Below, piece after piece: positions 28,370 to 37,903 of a stretch of DNA of 64,000 nucleotides. A program made the position numbers and the translations under genes. A model generated the notes under the pieces. It saw only the letters and a list, made by a program, of their open reading frames with translations, searched no databases and was not told the DNA's origin. Positions within the stretch are counted from its first letter, which is position 1. Each line of letters begins with the position of its first letter. Origin of the DNA: Verrucomicrobiia bacterium (lineage in GTDB: Bacteria > Desulfobacterota > Binatia > UBA9968); contig DATJFG010000033.1 of the NCBI GenBank assembly GCA_035495775.1, positions 64,122 to 128,121 on the forward strand, in the 5' to 3' direction.

Positions 28370-30070
28370 CTAACGCTTATCGCCGCCGCCTTTTTTCGGA
28401 TAAAAATATTCGTAGCTGCCGTCTTCGATTTTTTTCATCACCATGGAGACGGTCTTCCACGGGTCCTTGGCGTAGTCCTCGTAGCGGCCCGGCGCGTTGA
28501 TGCCCGGGAGATACGGCGCCCAATCGTCACTGAGGACTTCGTTCGGATCGCCGTATCTGGATGCCAGCGCGCGGATCTCCGGCGATTTGAGCGAGGTGAG
28601 CTCACCTTTGTCGATGAGCGTTACCCAGGTACTTTTCGTCCCGCGGATTTTGACCTGATAGGTAGGCAGCGTGTTGTGAATGTGCCACCAGTGGTCGTTC
28701 GGTAGGTTGTTCTGCTTCGCGAAATCCATCCACTCCTTGGATTCCACCGGGCCCTGCGGACCGTGGTCTAATCTCAGGCCGAAGCCCCAGTGGATCGTCC
28801 CCGCGTTGTTGCGCTCGGAGCTGTTCTCCCCTTCCATGTTTTCGTCGGGGCGCTTGAAGAATTTCGGATTGGTGCCCGTGCCCGCCTCGTAGATCCACCA
28901 GTAGCCGGGCTGATCGTAATAAGGATATTTCAGCTCGTTGATCTTGGGATATTTGAGAAACTCGCGCCACGCTTCGCCGTAAAGCCCGCCGCCTTTCACC
29001 TCGCTCACGTAGCCGTCCTTGACGTGAACCTCGATGCGCGGATAGTTGCCGGCGTGATTGCCGGTGCCGGCGAAAACGCCGTTCACTTTCACGAGGGAAG
29101 GATACAGGTATTCCTTCGTGAACGCCGGATAATCGACCGCGGAATAGGGAAAGCGGCCCATCGCCTGATGCGGGAACATGAAGAGATGTCCCTGCTGGTA
29201 GGCGCCCTTCGCCCACGCGAGCGCCTGCTTCTCGTCGATTTCGAAATTGAAGTTCGTCCCTTCGGGATCGCTCACGCGCACCTGGTCGATCCAGCGGAGC
29301 GGCTCGATGACCCGCTCTTCCACCAGCCGCCACACGTCGCCCGGGAAGGTCGAGGCCTTGTTCATCAGCTCGTAGCGGTTATCGAAGATGAAGTTGCCGT
29401 ACAATTTATTGTGGTACGGCTCGATCTGCCTGCGCGTGTTGGTGCGGCCGCCGCGGCGCCAGAAAACCATGTCGACTTCTTTGTGCTGATCGAGATACTT
29501 GACGATCGCCTGCGCGACGTTCCGGCCGCCGAACTTCCGCGCCAGATCGACCTGCTCTTGCGACATCGCCTCTTCTTTCTCGAACATCGCCTTGTAGAGA
29601 TCGGGCCGCTTCTCCTTGAGCCATTTCTTCGGCACCGAAGGATCGGAGAACGCGTTCAAGATCCAGCGGTGCGCCTCCATATAGCCCTGCTCGGAGGTGA
29701 ACCAGCGGAGCGCCTTCACCGCCTTCAGCGCCTCGTCTTTGCTGACGCCGAGAAGCTGGTATTCGGGCACGATCTGGATTTTCACGCCGCGCTCTTCGTA
29801 CGCGCGCTTGATCGCCTGCAAGACCATCTCGTCGGCCTTGGGCTCGGTGAAAATCGCGACGGTCTGACCTTTTTCCGCCAGACCGAGCGGCGTCCGTCCG
29901 CCGGTCTGCCTGACCGCGGCGCGCGCGAATGGCATGATGTCCTCGATCGATTTCGGCGGCTTTAAATACGACGGGAAGCGCGGCGCCGGATACTTCGCCT
30001 GCTCCGCGCTCCAGACATATCCGAACGCCGCGCATGCGACGAAGATCGCAGAGATGATCCAGCGCTTCAT
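28370..30070 (-). CDS. secreted protein of unknown function, paralog 2
   Basis: Signal peptide (MKRWIISAIFVACAAFG). Roughly 65-70% identical to paralog 3 over the N-terminal 150 aa. Confidence 0.75.
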   Translation of the reverse strand: MKRWIISAIFVACAAFGYVWSAEQAKYPAPRFPSYLKPPKSIEDIMPFARAAVRQTGGRTPLGLAEKGQTVAIFTEPKADEMVLQAIKRAYEERGVKIQIVPEYQLLGVSKDEALKAVKALRWFTSEQGYMEAHRWILNAFSDPSVPKKWLKEKRPDLYKAMFEKEEAMSQEQVDLARKFGGRNVAQAIVKYLDQHKEVDMVFWRRGGRTNTRRQIEPYHNKLYGNFIFDNRYELMNKASTFPGDVWRLVEERVIEPLRWIDQVRVSDPEGTNFNFEIDEKQALAWAKGAYQQGHLFMFPHQAMGRFPYSAVDYPAFTKEYLYPSLVKVNGVFAGTGNHAGNYPRIEVHVKDGYVSEVKGGGLYGEAWREFLKYPKINELKYPYYDQPGYWWIYEAGTGTNPKFFKRPDENMEGENSSERNNAGTIHWGFGLRLDHGPQGPVESKEWMDFAKQNNLPNDHWWHIHNTLPTYQVKIRGTKSTWVTLIDKGELTSLKSPEIRALASRYGDPNEVLSDDWAPYLPGINAPGRYEDYAKDPWKTVSMVMKKIEDGSYEYFYPKKGGGDKR

Positions 30071-30080
30071 GTGAACCTCT

Positions 30081-31781
30081 TTACTGCCGCACCTTTTTGA
30101 TCGGCGGGTAGAAATATTCGTAGCTGCCGTCCTCGATCTTCTTAATGACCGTCGAGACGGTCTTCCACGGGTCCTTGGCGTAATCCTCGTAGCGTCCCGG
30201 CGCGTTGATTCCCGGCAGATACGGCGACCAGTCCTCCGCCAGCACTTCGTTGGGATCGCCGTAGCGCGAGGCGAGCGCGCGGATCTCGGGACTCTTGTAC
30301 GCCGGCATCTCGCCCTTATCGATGATCGTGAGCCAGGTGTTCTTCGTGCCACGGACGTGCATGCGATAGGTGAGCAGCGTGTTGTGGACATGCCACCAGT
30401 GGTCCTTCGGCAGCCCATGCTCTTTGGGGAAATCGATCCAAGCCTTCGACTCCTCCGGCTTGTCGGGATCGTGGATCACACTGCCGCCGAAGCCCCAATG
30501 GATCACGCCGGCGTTGTTGCGCTCGGACTGGTTGTTTCCCTCCATGTTTTCGTCCGGCCGTTTGAAGAATTTCGGGTTCGTGCCGAGCCCGGCTTCGTAG
30601 AACCACCAGTAGCCGGGGCGGTCCTGATAGGGATATTTAAGGTCGTTGATGCCGGGATATTTCATGAACTCGCGCCACAGCTCGCCGTAGGTGCCGCCGC
30701 CTTTCACGTCGGTGACGTAACCGTCCTTTACGGTGACTTCGATGCGCGGATAGCTGCCGGCGTGATTGCTGGTGCCGGCGAAGACGCCGTTGACGCGGCT
30801 GATGATCGGCGCGTTCCACTTTTTCTGGATCGCCGGGTAATCGACGACGGAAAACGGAAAGCGGCCGGTCGCCTGATAAGGCGAGAGAAAGAGATGGCCC
30901 TGGTTATAGGCGCCGGAGGCCCAGATCTTCGCCTCCTCTTCGGTCACCTCGAAGTTCATGTGTGTGCCCTCGGGGTCGAAGGCCTCGACGCGATCGGTCC
31001 AGGGAATCGCCTCCAGCACGCGCTCCTCCGCGAGGCGCCAGACGTCGCCGGGAAAGCCCGAGGCCTTGTTCATCAGCTCGTAGCGGTTGTCGAAGATGAA
31101 GTTGCCGTAGAACTTCGCGCTGTGCTGCTTCAACAGCCGCGCCGTGCGCGGCCGGCCGCCGCGGCGCCAGAAGACCGACTTCACGTCCGGATGCTCGTCG
31201 AGGAATTTGATGATGCCGGCGGCGACGTTCGGTCCGCCGAACTGCTTCGCGATCTCGCGCTGCTTCTGCGGCGCCTGCTCGGTCGTGGCGTAGATTGCGT
31301 TGTAGAGATCGGGCCGGCGCTCCTTGAGCCATTTCTTCGGCACTTCGGGATCGATAAAAAGGTCGTTGATCCAGTGCGCGGCTTCCATGTAGCCCTTCTC
31401 GGACGTGTAGCCGCGAGTCGCCTTGATCGCCTTCAGAGCCTCGTCGCGGCCGATGCCAAGCAGCTCGTGCTCGCCGATGATGTAAATCTTGACGCCGCGC
31501 TCCTCGAAGGCGCGCTTGATCGCTTGCATGATCATCGGGTCGGCGCCCGCCTCCGTGACGATCAGCGTCGCCGTGCCTTTTTCCACCAGGCCCAGCGGCG
31601 TGCGGCCGCCGGTCTGGCGCACGGCGGCGCGCGCGAACGGCATGACGTCCTCGATCGATTTCGGCGGCTTTAGATAGGAGGGAAAGCGCGGCGGCGGGTA
31701 GTTGCCTTTCTCGGCGGCGTCGGCGAGAAAGATCGCCGTCGCGAAAACGGCGGCGCTGATCGCAATCAGATAATGTCGCAT
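30081..31781 (-). CDS. secreted protein of unknown function, paralog 3
   Basis: Signal peptide (MRHYLIAISAAVFATAIFLADA). Same family motifs as paralogs 1 and 2. Stop is 10 bp before the paralog 2 start. Confidence 0.75.
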   Translation of the reverse strand: MRHYLIAISAAVFATAIFLADAAEKGNYPPPRFPSYLKPPKSIEDVMPFARAAVRQTGGRTPLGLVEKGTATLIVTEAGADPMIMQAIKRAFEERGVKIYIIGEHELLGIGRDEALKAIKATRGYTSEKGYMEAAHWINDLFIDPEVPKKWLKERRPDLYNAIYATTEQAPQKQREIAKQFGGPNVAAGIIKFLDEHPDVKSVFWRRGGRPRTARLLKQHSAKFYGNFIFDNRYELMNKASGFPGDVWRLAEERVLEAIPWTDRVEAFDPEGTHMNFEVTEEEAKIWASGAYNQGHLFLSPYQATGRFPFSVVDYPAIQKKWNAPIISRVNGVFAGTSNHAGSYPRIEVTVKDGYVTDVKGGGTYGELWREFMKYPGINDLKYPYQDRPGYWWFYEAGLGTNPKFFKRPDENMEGNNQSERNNAGVIHWGFGGSVIHDPDKPEESKAWIDFPKEHGLPKDHWWHVHNTLLTYRMHVRGTKNTWLTIIDKGEMPAYKSPEIRALASRYGDPNEVLAEDWSPYLPGINAPGRYEDYAKDPWKTVSTVIKKIEDGSYEYFYPPIKKVRQ

Positions 31782-31840
31782 GGCGCTAAACCATAGAAAG
31801 TTTAGCGCGGGGTTGTCAAGGAAGAAGGGTCGAGGCACGC

Positions 31841-32830
31841 TCAGCGCGGGTAGAGCTGCTTGATGAAACCTTCCTTGGCGAGTTGCTCGATGGGTCCCGT
31901 GTCGTAAAACGCGCGCTGATCGGCGGTCTTCGCGCGCGGATTGCGCGCCGCGATATCCTCGAAGGCGTTCTCGATCTCACTCGCGCTGACCGTCGGCACG
32001 TCGCGGATGTAGCCCAGGACATAGGTGCGAAAGGCGCTTTCGAGCAGCTTCTTATCGTCGGTGCGCGTATATTTCGCGAGAATTTTCACCGTAAACTCGG
32101 GATTGGCCTTGGCGTATTTGATCCCTTCGAGCGTCGCCTTGAGAAAGCGGTTGAGCGTCGCCGCGCGGTTCTTGATGAAGGCGTCGGTCGCCACCAGCGC
32201 CGTGCCGGGGTAGCGGTAGTTGATGTTGGCGAGATTCACCATCTCCTTATAGCCCAGCTCCTTCGCCTTCTCTAGCGTGGGCGAGGAGATGAGACCGCCT
32301 TTGATCACCCCCTGCTGCATGAACATGAGGTTCTCCGGCACGCCGCCGGTCTGAATCATCTTGATATCCTTGTTCGGGTCGAGGCCCCATTCGCTCACCG
32401 CCTTGCGGAGCCCTAGGTCGGTCAGCGAGCCGAAGCGGCTGACGCCGAAGGTCTTGCCTTTGAGGTCCTCCGGCTTGGTGATATCAGGCGTCGTCACGAG
32501 GCTCATCGGAATAACGTTGATCACGCTGCCGATGATCTTGACCTCCGAGCCGGCCAACCGAGCCAGGATTGCGGCAGCTCCGGAACCCTGGGCGATTTGA
32601 GTATCCCCGGAAACCAGGGTGGTGATCGCCTGGGAGCCGGCGATGTAGATCAGGTTCACGTCCAGGCCGTACTTTTTATAGATCCCCGCATCTTTGGGTA
32701 CCCAGCTCGAGACCGACGCGCCGGCGATCGTGGAGTAAACGATGTTCAGCCTCTCGAGCTCGGCGGCGGCCGCAGGCGAAGGGGAAAGCAGGGCGACCGC
32801 TAGTAAAAAAACCGTTGAAAAGTTAAGCAT
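31841..32830 (-). CDS. periplasmic substrate-binding protein, NMT1/SsuA/TauA family (first gene of the six-gene cluster)
   Basis: Signal peptide and NMT1-like two-lobe sequence. No TauC/SsuC-type permease follows. Confidence 0.7.
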   Translation of the reverse strand: MLNFSTVFLLAVALLSPSPAAAAELERLNIVYSTIAGASVSSWVPKDAGIYKKYGLDVNLIYIAGSQAITTLVSGDTQIAQGSGAAAILARLAGSEVKIIGSVINVIPMSLVTTPDITKPEDLKGKTFGVSRFGSLTDLGLRKAVSEWGLDPNKDIKMIQTGGVPENLMFMQQGVIKGGLISSPTLEKAKELGYKEMVNLANINYRYPGTALVATDAFIKNRAATLNRFLKATLEGIKYAKANPEFTVKILAKYTRTDDKKLLESAFRTYVLGYIRDVPTVSASEIENAFEDIAARNPRAKTADQRAFYDTGPIEQLAKEGFIKQLYPR

Positions 32831-32839
32831 CTGCAGGCA

Positions 32840-32869
32840 ATCTACGGCTTGCTGTTACGACTTGTCAAG
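32840..32869 (-). promoter_or_regulatory. candidate sigma-70 promoter of the six-gene cluster
   Basis: Minus-strand TTGACA-18 nt-TAGATT ends about 8 nt before the ATG, which would imply a leaderless or very short-leader transcript. Weak. Confidence 0.25.
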
Positions 32870-32921
32870 CGGCTGGTTGATTGTTTCGGCGGACTCTTGT
32901 ACCCTGGCGAGGTTGTCAGCC

Positions 32922-34334
32922 ATGCGGGTATCAGTAGCCATAGCGCTTGTCGCGCTCCCGCCCTGGTTCGCCACTGCCTGCGGCACGGCGCCTTATGTAC
33001 AGACCGGTTCTCAGCCGGGCGCGGCCGCGGAAAACCGGGTGGTCAGCACGCCTCCTGCGGCGGCGCCGGCGGAAACCTTGACCCCGCCTACCGATCCGAC
33101 CCCTTCCGCGCGCGTCCCGAGCGACATCATCACAACTCCGCCGGCCGCTGAAGTGAAACCCGTCGCAGCGGAAGCCGTCAAACCCGAGGAGCCGTCCGCC
33201 ACAGTCCTGCAGGAGATCGCCGGACCCAAGGCGGACGACAGGCTTGTCGGCCTGCTCCAAAAAGAGATCGAAGAAGCGATGCAGCTGCCGTCCGGACGGC
33301 GCAAGATTCAGTTCTCCATGACGCTCGTCGAGAACGAGCGGGTGCGTTACTTTATCGATGCGTTCTGCGGCAAGCTGCGGGATTTTTTCGTCCAGGCGCT
33401 GGCGCGCTCGGGTAAATACATCCCGATGATGGCCTCCATCCTACAGCAGGCCGGCCTGCCGCAGGACCTCGTCTACCTGTCGCTGATCGAGAGCGGCTTC
33501 GCGCCTTCGGCCTATTCCAAGGCGAAGGCGGTCGGTCCATGGCAGTTCATCCGCTCGACCGGCGTGCGCTACGGCCTCAGGATCGACAACTGGGTCGACG
33601 AGCGGCGCGACCCGGTGAAATCGACGCGTGCGGCTGCCGCCTATTTAAAGGATCTGCATCAGCAGTTCGGCGAATGGTTCCTTGCCGCCGCCGCCTACAA
33701 CGCCGGGGAGCACCGGGTCGAATACGCTATGCAACGGACCAACACCAGCGACTTCTGGGATTTGAGCGAGCGGCGGACGATCCTAAAACAGGAGACGCGT
33801 AATTACGTCCCGAAGTTCGTCGCCGCGGCACTGATCGCCGGCGCTCCGGAGAAATACGGCTTCGCCGATCTCGTCTACGAAGCCCCGATGGATTACGACG
33901 AGGTGGTCACTCACCGCCCGCTGACGCTTACGATGATCGCGCGCCTGGCGCAGACAACGGCCGCCAATGTCAAGGAGCTGAATCCGGCGCTGCTTAAAAG
34001 CGTCACGCCGGCAAGCGAGCAGGGTTTCACCGTGCGTGTTCCGTCCGGCAGCGGCGAGATTTTTAACCAAGCTTATAAAAGCCAGTACGATTCGCCGAAC
34101 ATCAAAGTCATCAGCTATACGGTGAAAAAGGGCGAGAGCCTGGCGATGATCGCCCGGCGCTATCACGTCCGCGCAAGTCAGATTATCGAGACCAACGAGC
34201 TCAAGACGGCGCAAGTCCGGGCCGGGCAGCAGTTGACGATTGTCCAGGACGGATCGGCGCCCGTCGAGGCGGCGAAAGAGCCCAAAGCGGCGCCGCGGCC
34301 CCAGGCAACTCAGAAAAAAACCAAATCCAGATAA
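32922..34334 (+). CDS. membrane-bound lytic murein transglycosylase D-like (SLT domain + LysM)
   Basis: Signal/lipoprotein-like N-terminus, Pro/Ala-rich linker, SLT catalytic region (LSLIESGF, AAYNAGE) and a C-terminal LysM. Confidence 0.75.
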   Translation: MRVSVAIALVALPPWFATACGTAPYVQTGSQPGAAAENRVVSTPPAAAPAETLTPPTDPTPSARVPSDIITTPPAAEVKPVAAEAVKPEEPSATVLQEIAGPKADDRLVGLLQKEIEEAMQLPSGRRKIQFSMTLVENERVRYFIDAFCGKLRDFFVQALARSGKYIPMMASILQQAGLPQDLVYLSLIESGFAPSAYSKAKAVGPWQFIRSTGVRYGLRIDNWVDERRDPVKSTRAAAAYLKDLHQQFGEWFLAAAAYNAGEHRVEYAMQRTNTSDFWDLSERRTILKQETRNYVPKFVAAALIAGAPEKYGFADLVYEAPMDYDEVVTHRPLTLTMIARLAQTTAANVKELNPALLKSVTPASEQGFTVRVPSGSGEIFNQAYKSQYDSPNIKVISYTVKKGESLAMIARRYHVRASQIIETNELKTAQVRAGQQLTIVQDGSAPVEAAKEPKAAPRPQATQKKTKSR

Positions 34335-34350
34335 GGCGGAAAAGCGGCGC

Positions 34351-35643
34351 TTATTGACGCTGTGAAAGCGGCACGTAGCCGCGCTTCTCGGCGCCTTTAT
34401 AAATCTGCCGCGGGCGGGCGATCCTGTTCTTCTGCTCGGGGTCGAGCAGCATCTCCTGCCAATGCGCGATCCAGCCGATCGTGCGCGCGATCGCGAACAG
34501 CACCGAGAACATATCGATCGGCAGACCCATCGACTGGTAGATGAGACCCGAGTAAAAGTCGACGTTCGGATAGAGCTTCCGCTTGATGAAGTACTCGTCT
34601 TCGAGCGCGATCTTTTCCAGCTCGAGCGCGATATCGAGCAGCGGGTTGCGCCCCTTCACATCGAAGACCTCGTAGGCGACCCGCTTGATGATCTTGGCCC
34701 GCGGGTCGTAATTCTTGTAAACGCGGTGGCCGAAGCCCATCAACCGGCCTTCGCCGGATTTCACTCGTTTGATAAACGCCGGGACGTTGTCCTTGTGCCC
34801 GACCTCGCTCAGCATGCGGAGCACCATCTCGTTGGCGCCGCCGTGGAGCGGTCCGTAAAGCGCCGCAGCGGCCGCCGCCACCGAGCAGTATGGATCCGAA
34901 TGGGCGCTGCCCACGCCGCGCATCACGTTCGTGCTAATATTCTGCTCGTGATCGGCATGCAGAATAAATAAAATGTCGAGCGCCCGCTCCAGCACCGGAT
35001 GCGGCTGGTACTTGAGCTCCGTCATCTTGAACAGCATGTTCAAGAAATTGCCGGCATAGCTTAAATCGTTGTCGGGATAGGCGTACGGCATACCGATGCT
35101 GTGGCGGTAGGCGAAGCCGGCGATGGTGGGCATTTTTGCAACCAGTCGATAGGTCTGCTTTTGCCGCGACTCGGCGTTGTAGATGTCTTTCGCTTCGCTG
35201 TAAAAGGTCGACAGCGCCGCGACCGTGCTCACCAGCATGCTCATCGGATGCGCGTCGTGGTGAAAGCCGTCGATGAACTTTTTGATATTCTCGTGCAGGA
35301 TCGAATGATGCGTGATGTTATAGTTCCACTCGTCGAGCTGGGATTTGTTCGGCAGCTCGCCGTTTAAAACGAGATAGGCGGTTTCGAGATAAGTGCTTTT
35401 CTCCGCCAGCTCTTCAATCGGATAGCCGCGGTAGCGCAGGATCCCGGCGTCGCCGTCGATATAGGTGATCCGGCTGGTGCACGCAGCCGTGTTCATGAAG
35501 CCGGGGTCGAAGCTGCCGAGGCCGAAATCGTCCTCGCCGGTCTTGATCTGGCGCAGATCGGTCGCGTTGATCATCCCGTCATGGATGGGAATGTCATACT
35601 TTTTGCCCGTTCGGTTATCGATGACCGTGATCGTATCCGGCAT
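34351..35643 (-). CDS. gltA: citrate synthase
   Basis: 430 aa with the citrate synthase signature GFGHRVYK and catalytic His/Asp context. Confidence 0.95.
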   Translation of the reverse strand: MPDTITVIDNRTGKKYDIPIHDGMINATDLRQIKTGEDDFGLGSFDPGFMNTAACTSRITYIDGDAGILRYRGYPIEELAEKSTYLETAYLVLNGELPNKSQLDEWNYNITHHSILHENIKKFIDGFHHDAHPMSMLVSTVAALSTFYSEAKDIYNAESRQKQTYRLVAKMPTIAGFAYRHSIGMPYAYPDNDLSYAGNFLNMLFKMTELKYQPHPVLERALDILFILHADHEQNISTNVMRGVGSAHSDPYCSVAAAAAALYGPLHGGANEMVLRMLSEVGHKDNVPAFIKRVKSGEGRLMGFGHRVYKNYDPRAKIIKRVAYEVFDVKGRNPLLDIALELEKIALEDEYFIKRKLYPNVDFYSGLIYQSMGLPIDMFSVLFAIARTIGWIAHWQEMLLDPEQKNRIARPRQIYKGAEKRGYVPLSQRQ

Positions 35644-35719
35644 AAACTGCCCCCGTTGACCGCCGCGTTAAGACCGTGTCTATCTTCTTATGATATCCTT
35701 CACCGCCGGTCAACTGCGC

Positions 35720-36178
35720 CTATAGCTCTTCCGGGCTAAGACTCCATGCAAATTTCCAGCAATTCGCGCTCCAGGTGAGGCAAACGACCGTCGCCGTCGT
35801 GAACTCGATCGTCTGCCGTTGGCTATCGCCGGTGAGCAGCAGCGACGCGAGCCGGGCCAAGTGGGGCAAGTGGCCGACGAGCATGACCGGGGCCTCGGCG
35901 GCCTCCAGTTCCGCCCGGGCGATCTCCGGATCGTCCTCCGGCGCGAGCCCGGCGATCTCGCGTACGGTACACTTCGGCGCAGCGACGCGCGCGAAGATCT
36001 CGGCGGTCTCTCGCGCGCGCAATTTATCGGAATGAAGAATCGCCGCGACCTCGATATCCTGCGCCGCCGCGGCGCGCGCGACCGTCTCGACATCGTCGCG
36101 GCCGCGCGAACTGAGCGGCCGGCGCGCGTCCTCGGATTCATGCTCCGCCTCCCCGTGCCTGACAAGAAAGAATTCCAT
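35720..36178 (-). CDS. sixA: phosphohistidine phosphatase SixA (histidine phosphatase superfamily)
   Basis: N-terminal RHG motif (LVRHGEA) and ~150-aa length. Confidence 0.75.
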   Translation of the reverse strand: MEFFLVRHGEAEHESEDARRPLSSRGRDDVETVARAAAAQDIEVAAILHSDKLRARETAEIFARVAAPKCTVREIAGLAPEDDPEIARAELEAAEAPVMLVGHLPHLARLASLLLTGDSQRQTIEFTTATVVCLTWSANCWKFAWSLSPEEL

Positions 36179-36283
36179 AGAAGGATTCTGCCGCCGTTTT
36201 TAGTCGAGGAAAGCGGCTAGACTCGCTCTCAACGATGCTATAGTATCCCGACGGCTCTTTCCAATGGAGCGGGCAACCGAGCA

Positions 36284-37012
36284 ATGGTCGAGTTCCATAA
36301 AGTTAATAAATGGTTCGGCAAGCTGCATGTCCTGAACGATATCGACCTGCGCATCGAGCGCGCCGAAGTCGTCGTTATCTGCGGTCCCAGCGGAAGCGGC
36401 AAAAGCACGCTGATCCGCTGCATCAACGCCCTGGAGACAATCCAGTCGGGTGACATCGTCGTCGACGGCAAGCGGCTGTCGGACCCCGCGCTCGATCTGC
36501 GCGCGCTGCGCGCGGAGGTCGGTTTCGTCTTCCAGCAGTTCAATCTCTATCCGCACCTCTCGGTGATGGACAACATCGTGCTCGCGCCGATGAAAGTGCG
36601 GAAGTCGGCGCGCGGGGCCGCGGAGAAGCGCGCGGCGGAACTGCTCGAGCGAGTCGGCATTCACGACAAGGCGACGGCTTACCCGGCGAATCTCTCCGGC
36701 GGCCAGCAGCAGCGAGTCGCCATCGCGCGCGCGCTGGCGATGCAGCCGAAGATCATGCTCTTCGACGAGCCGACCTCCGCGCTCGACCCCGAGATGATCG
36801 GCGAAGTGCTGGAGGTCATGACCGATCTCGCCCGCGACGGCATGACGATGGTCGTCGTGACGCACGAGATGGGATTCGCCCGCCGCGTGGCCGGCCGCGT
36901 GATCTTTATGGACGAAGGGGGGCTCGTGGAAGAAGGAAAGCCCGATGATTTTTTCACCGCGCCGAAATCGGAGCGCGCGAAGCAGTTTTTGAGCAAGATT
37001 CTCACGCGTTGA
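36284..37012 (+). CDS. polar amino-acid ABC transporter ATP-binding protein
   Basis: Walker [19 protein letters not shown], Walker [11 protein letters not shown]. GlnQ/HisP-like. Confidence 0.9.
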   Translation: MVEFHKVNKWFGKLHVLNDIDLRIERAEVVVICGPSGSGKSTLIRCINALETIQSGDIVVDGKRLSDPALDLRALRAEVGFVFQQFNLYPHLSVMDNIVLAPMKVRKSARGAAEKRAAELLERVGIHDKATAYPANLSGGQQQRVAIARALAMQPKIMLFDEPTSALDPEMIGEVLEVMTDLARDGMTMVVVTHEMGFARRVAGRVIFMDEGGLVEEGKPDDFFTAPKSERAKQFLSKILTR

Positions 37013-37021
37013 GGAGGTGCC

Positions 37022-37903
37022 ATGAAGCGCGCGTTCGTTTTTTTCTTAGTCATGCTGATGTTCGATATCGCCCCGGCACTAGCCGAGTCGACGCTCGAGA
37101 AGATCGGCCGCACCGGCACGCTCACGATCGGCACGCGCACCGGCTCGCCGCCGTTCGCGTACGTCGATAAGAACAACCGCTGGGTCGGATTTTCGATCGA
37201 TCTCGTCGAGCAGTTCGTCGCGGCCGCGGTCTCGAAAAAAATCGGCAAGCCGATCAAAGTCGCGAAGAAGGAGTCGACGCCGCCGACGCGGATACCGCTC
37301 CTGACTTCCAACGCCGTCGATCTCATCGCCGAGACCATGACGGATACGAAAGAGCGCAGGGAGAGCGTCGATTTCAGCATCACTTTTTTTTACACCGGCG
37401 CTCAGTTCCTGGTGAAGAAAGGCGGCCCAATCACCGGCATCGACTCGGTCGGCGGCAAGCGCGTCGCCGCGCAGCAGGGATCGACCAACGCGCGCATCCT
37501 CCGCGAAAAGGTGCCGACCGTTAAGCTGGTCGAGTTTCCCGATCAGCCGGCGGCGTTCCAGGCGTTGGCGCAAGGCCGCGTCGAAGCCTACACGAACGAC
37601 GGCATTCAACTCGCTGGCCTCAAAGCGAAGGCGCCGAAGCCGGATGATTGGGCGATCGTCGGCGGCTTTTATTCGAACGAGCCTTACGGCATGGCGATGC
37701 GGAAGAACGAAGCGGGCTTCCGCAGTCTCGTTAATCAGGGTTTGGCCGACGCGATCGAATCGGGCAGATACTTCGAGCTTTACGAGAAATATTTCGGCCC
37801 GAAGGGCGAGCTGCCCTATCCGATGAGCGCCGAGATGAAGCGGCTGCTGCAAGCCTCCGCGACGGAGGTGCGCAAAGCTTCCGGCGCCGCGGCAAAGCAA
37901 TGA
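37022..37903 (+). CDS. amino-acid ABC transporter substrate-binding protein (SBP family 3)
   Basis: Signal peptide and family-3 SBP features. Confidence 0.8.
   Translation: MKRAFVFFLVMLMFDIAPALAESTLEKIGRTGTLTIGTRTGSPPFAYVDKNNRWVGFSIDLVEQFVAAAVSKKIGKPIKVAKKESTPPTRIPLLTSNAVDLIAETMTDTKERRESVDFSITFFYTGAQFLVKKGGPITGIDSVGGKRVAAQQGSTNARILREKVPTVKLVEFPDQPAAFQALAQGRVEAYTNDGIQLAGLKAKAPKPDDWAIVGGFYSNEPYGMAMRKNEAGFRSLVNQGLADAIESGRYFELYEKYFGPKGELPYPMSAEMKRLLQASATEVRKASGAAAKQ

Noticed and set aside
26038-28373. 654-aa minus and 415-aa plus ORFs inside the dual-FtsX permease gene
   Set aside because: Alternative or antisense frames of a GC-rich gene, extremely Arg/Pro/Ala-rich. The permease frame shows canonical TM and FtsX features.
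28790-31673. 391-aa and 438-aa plus-strand ORFs antisense to secreted paralogs 2 and 3
   Set aside because: Mirror-image artefacts of the two paralogous genes; they resemble each other only because the sense genes do. No motifs, start context or SD.
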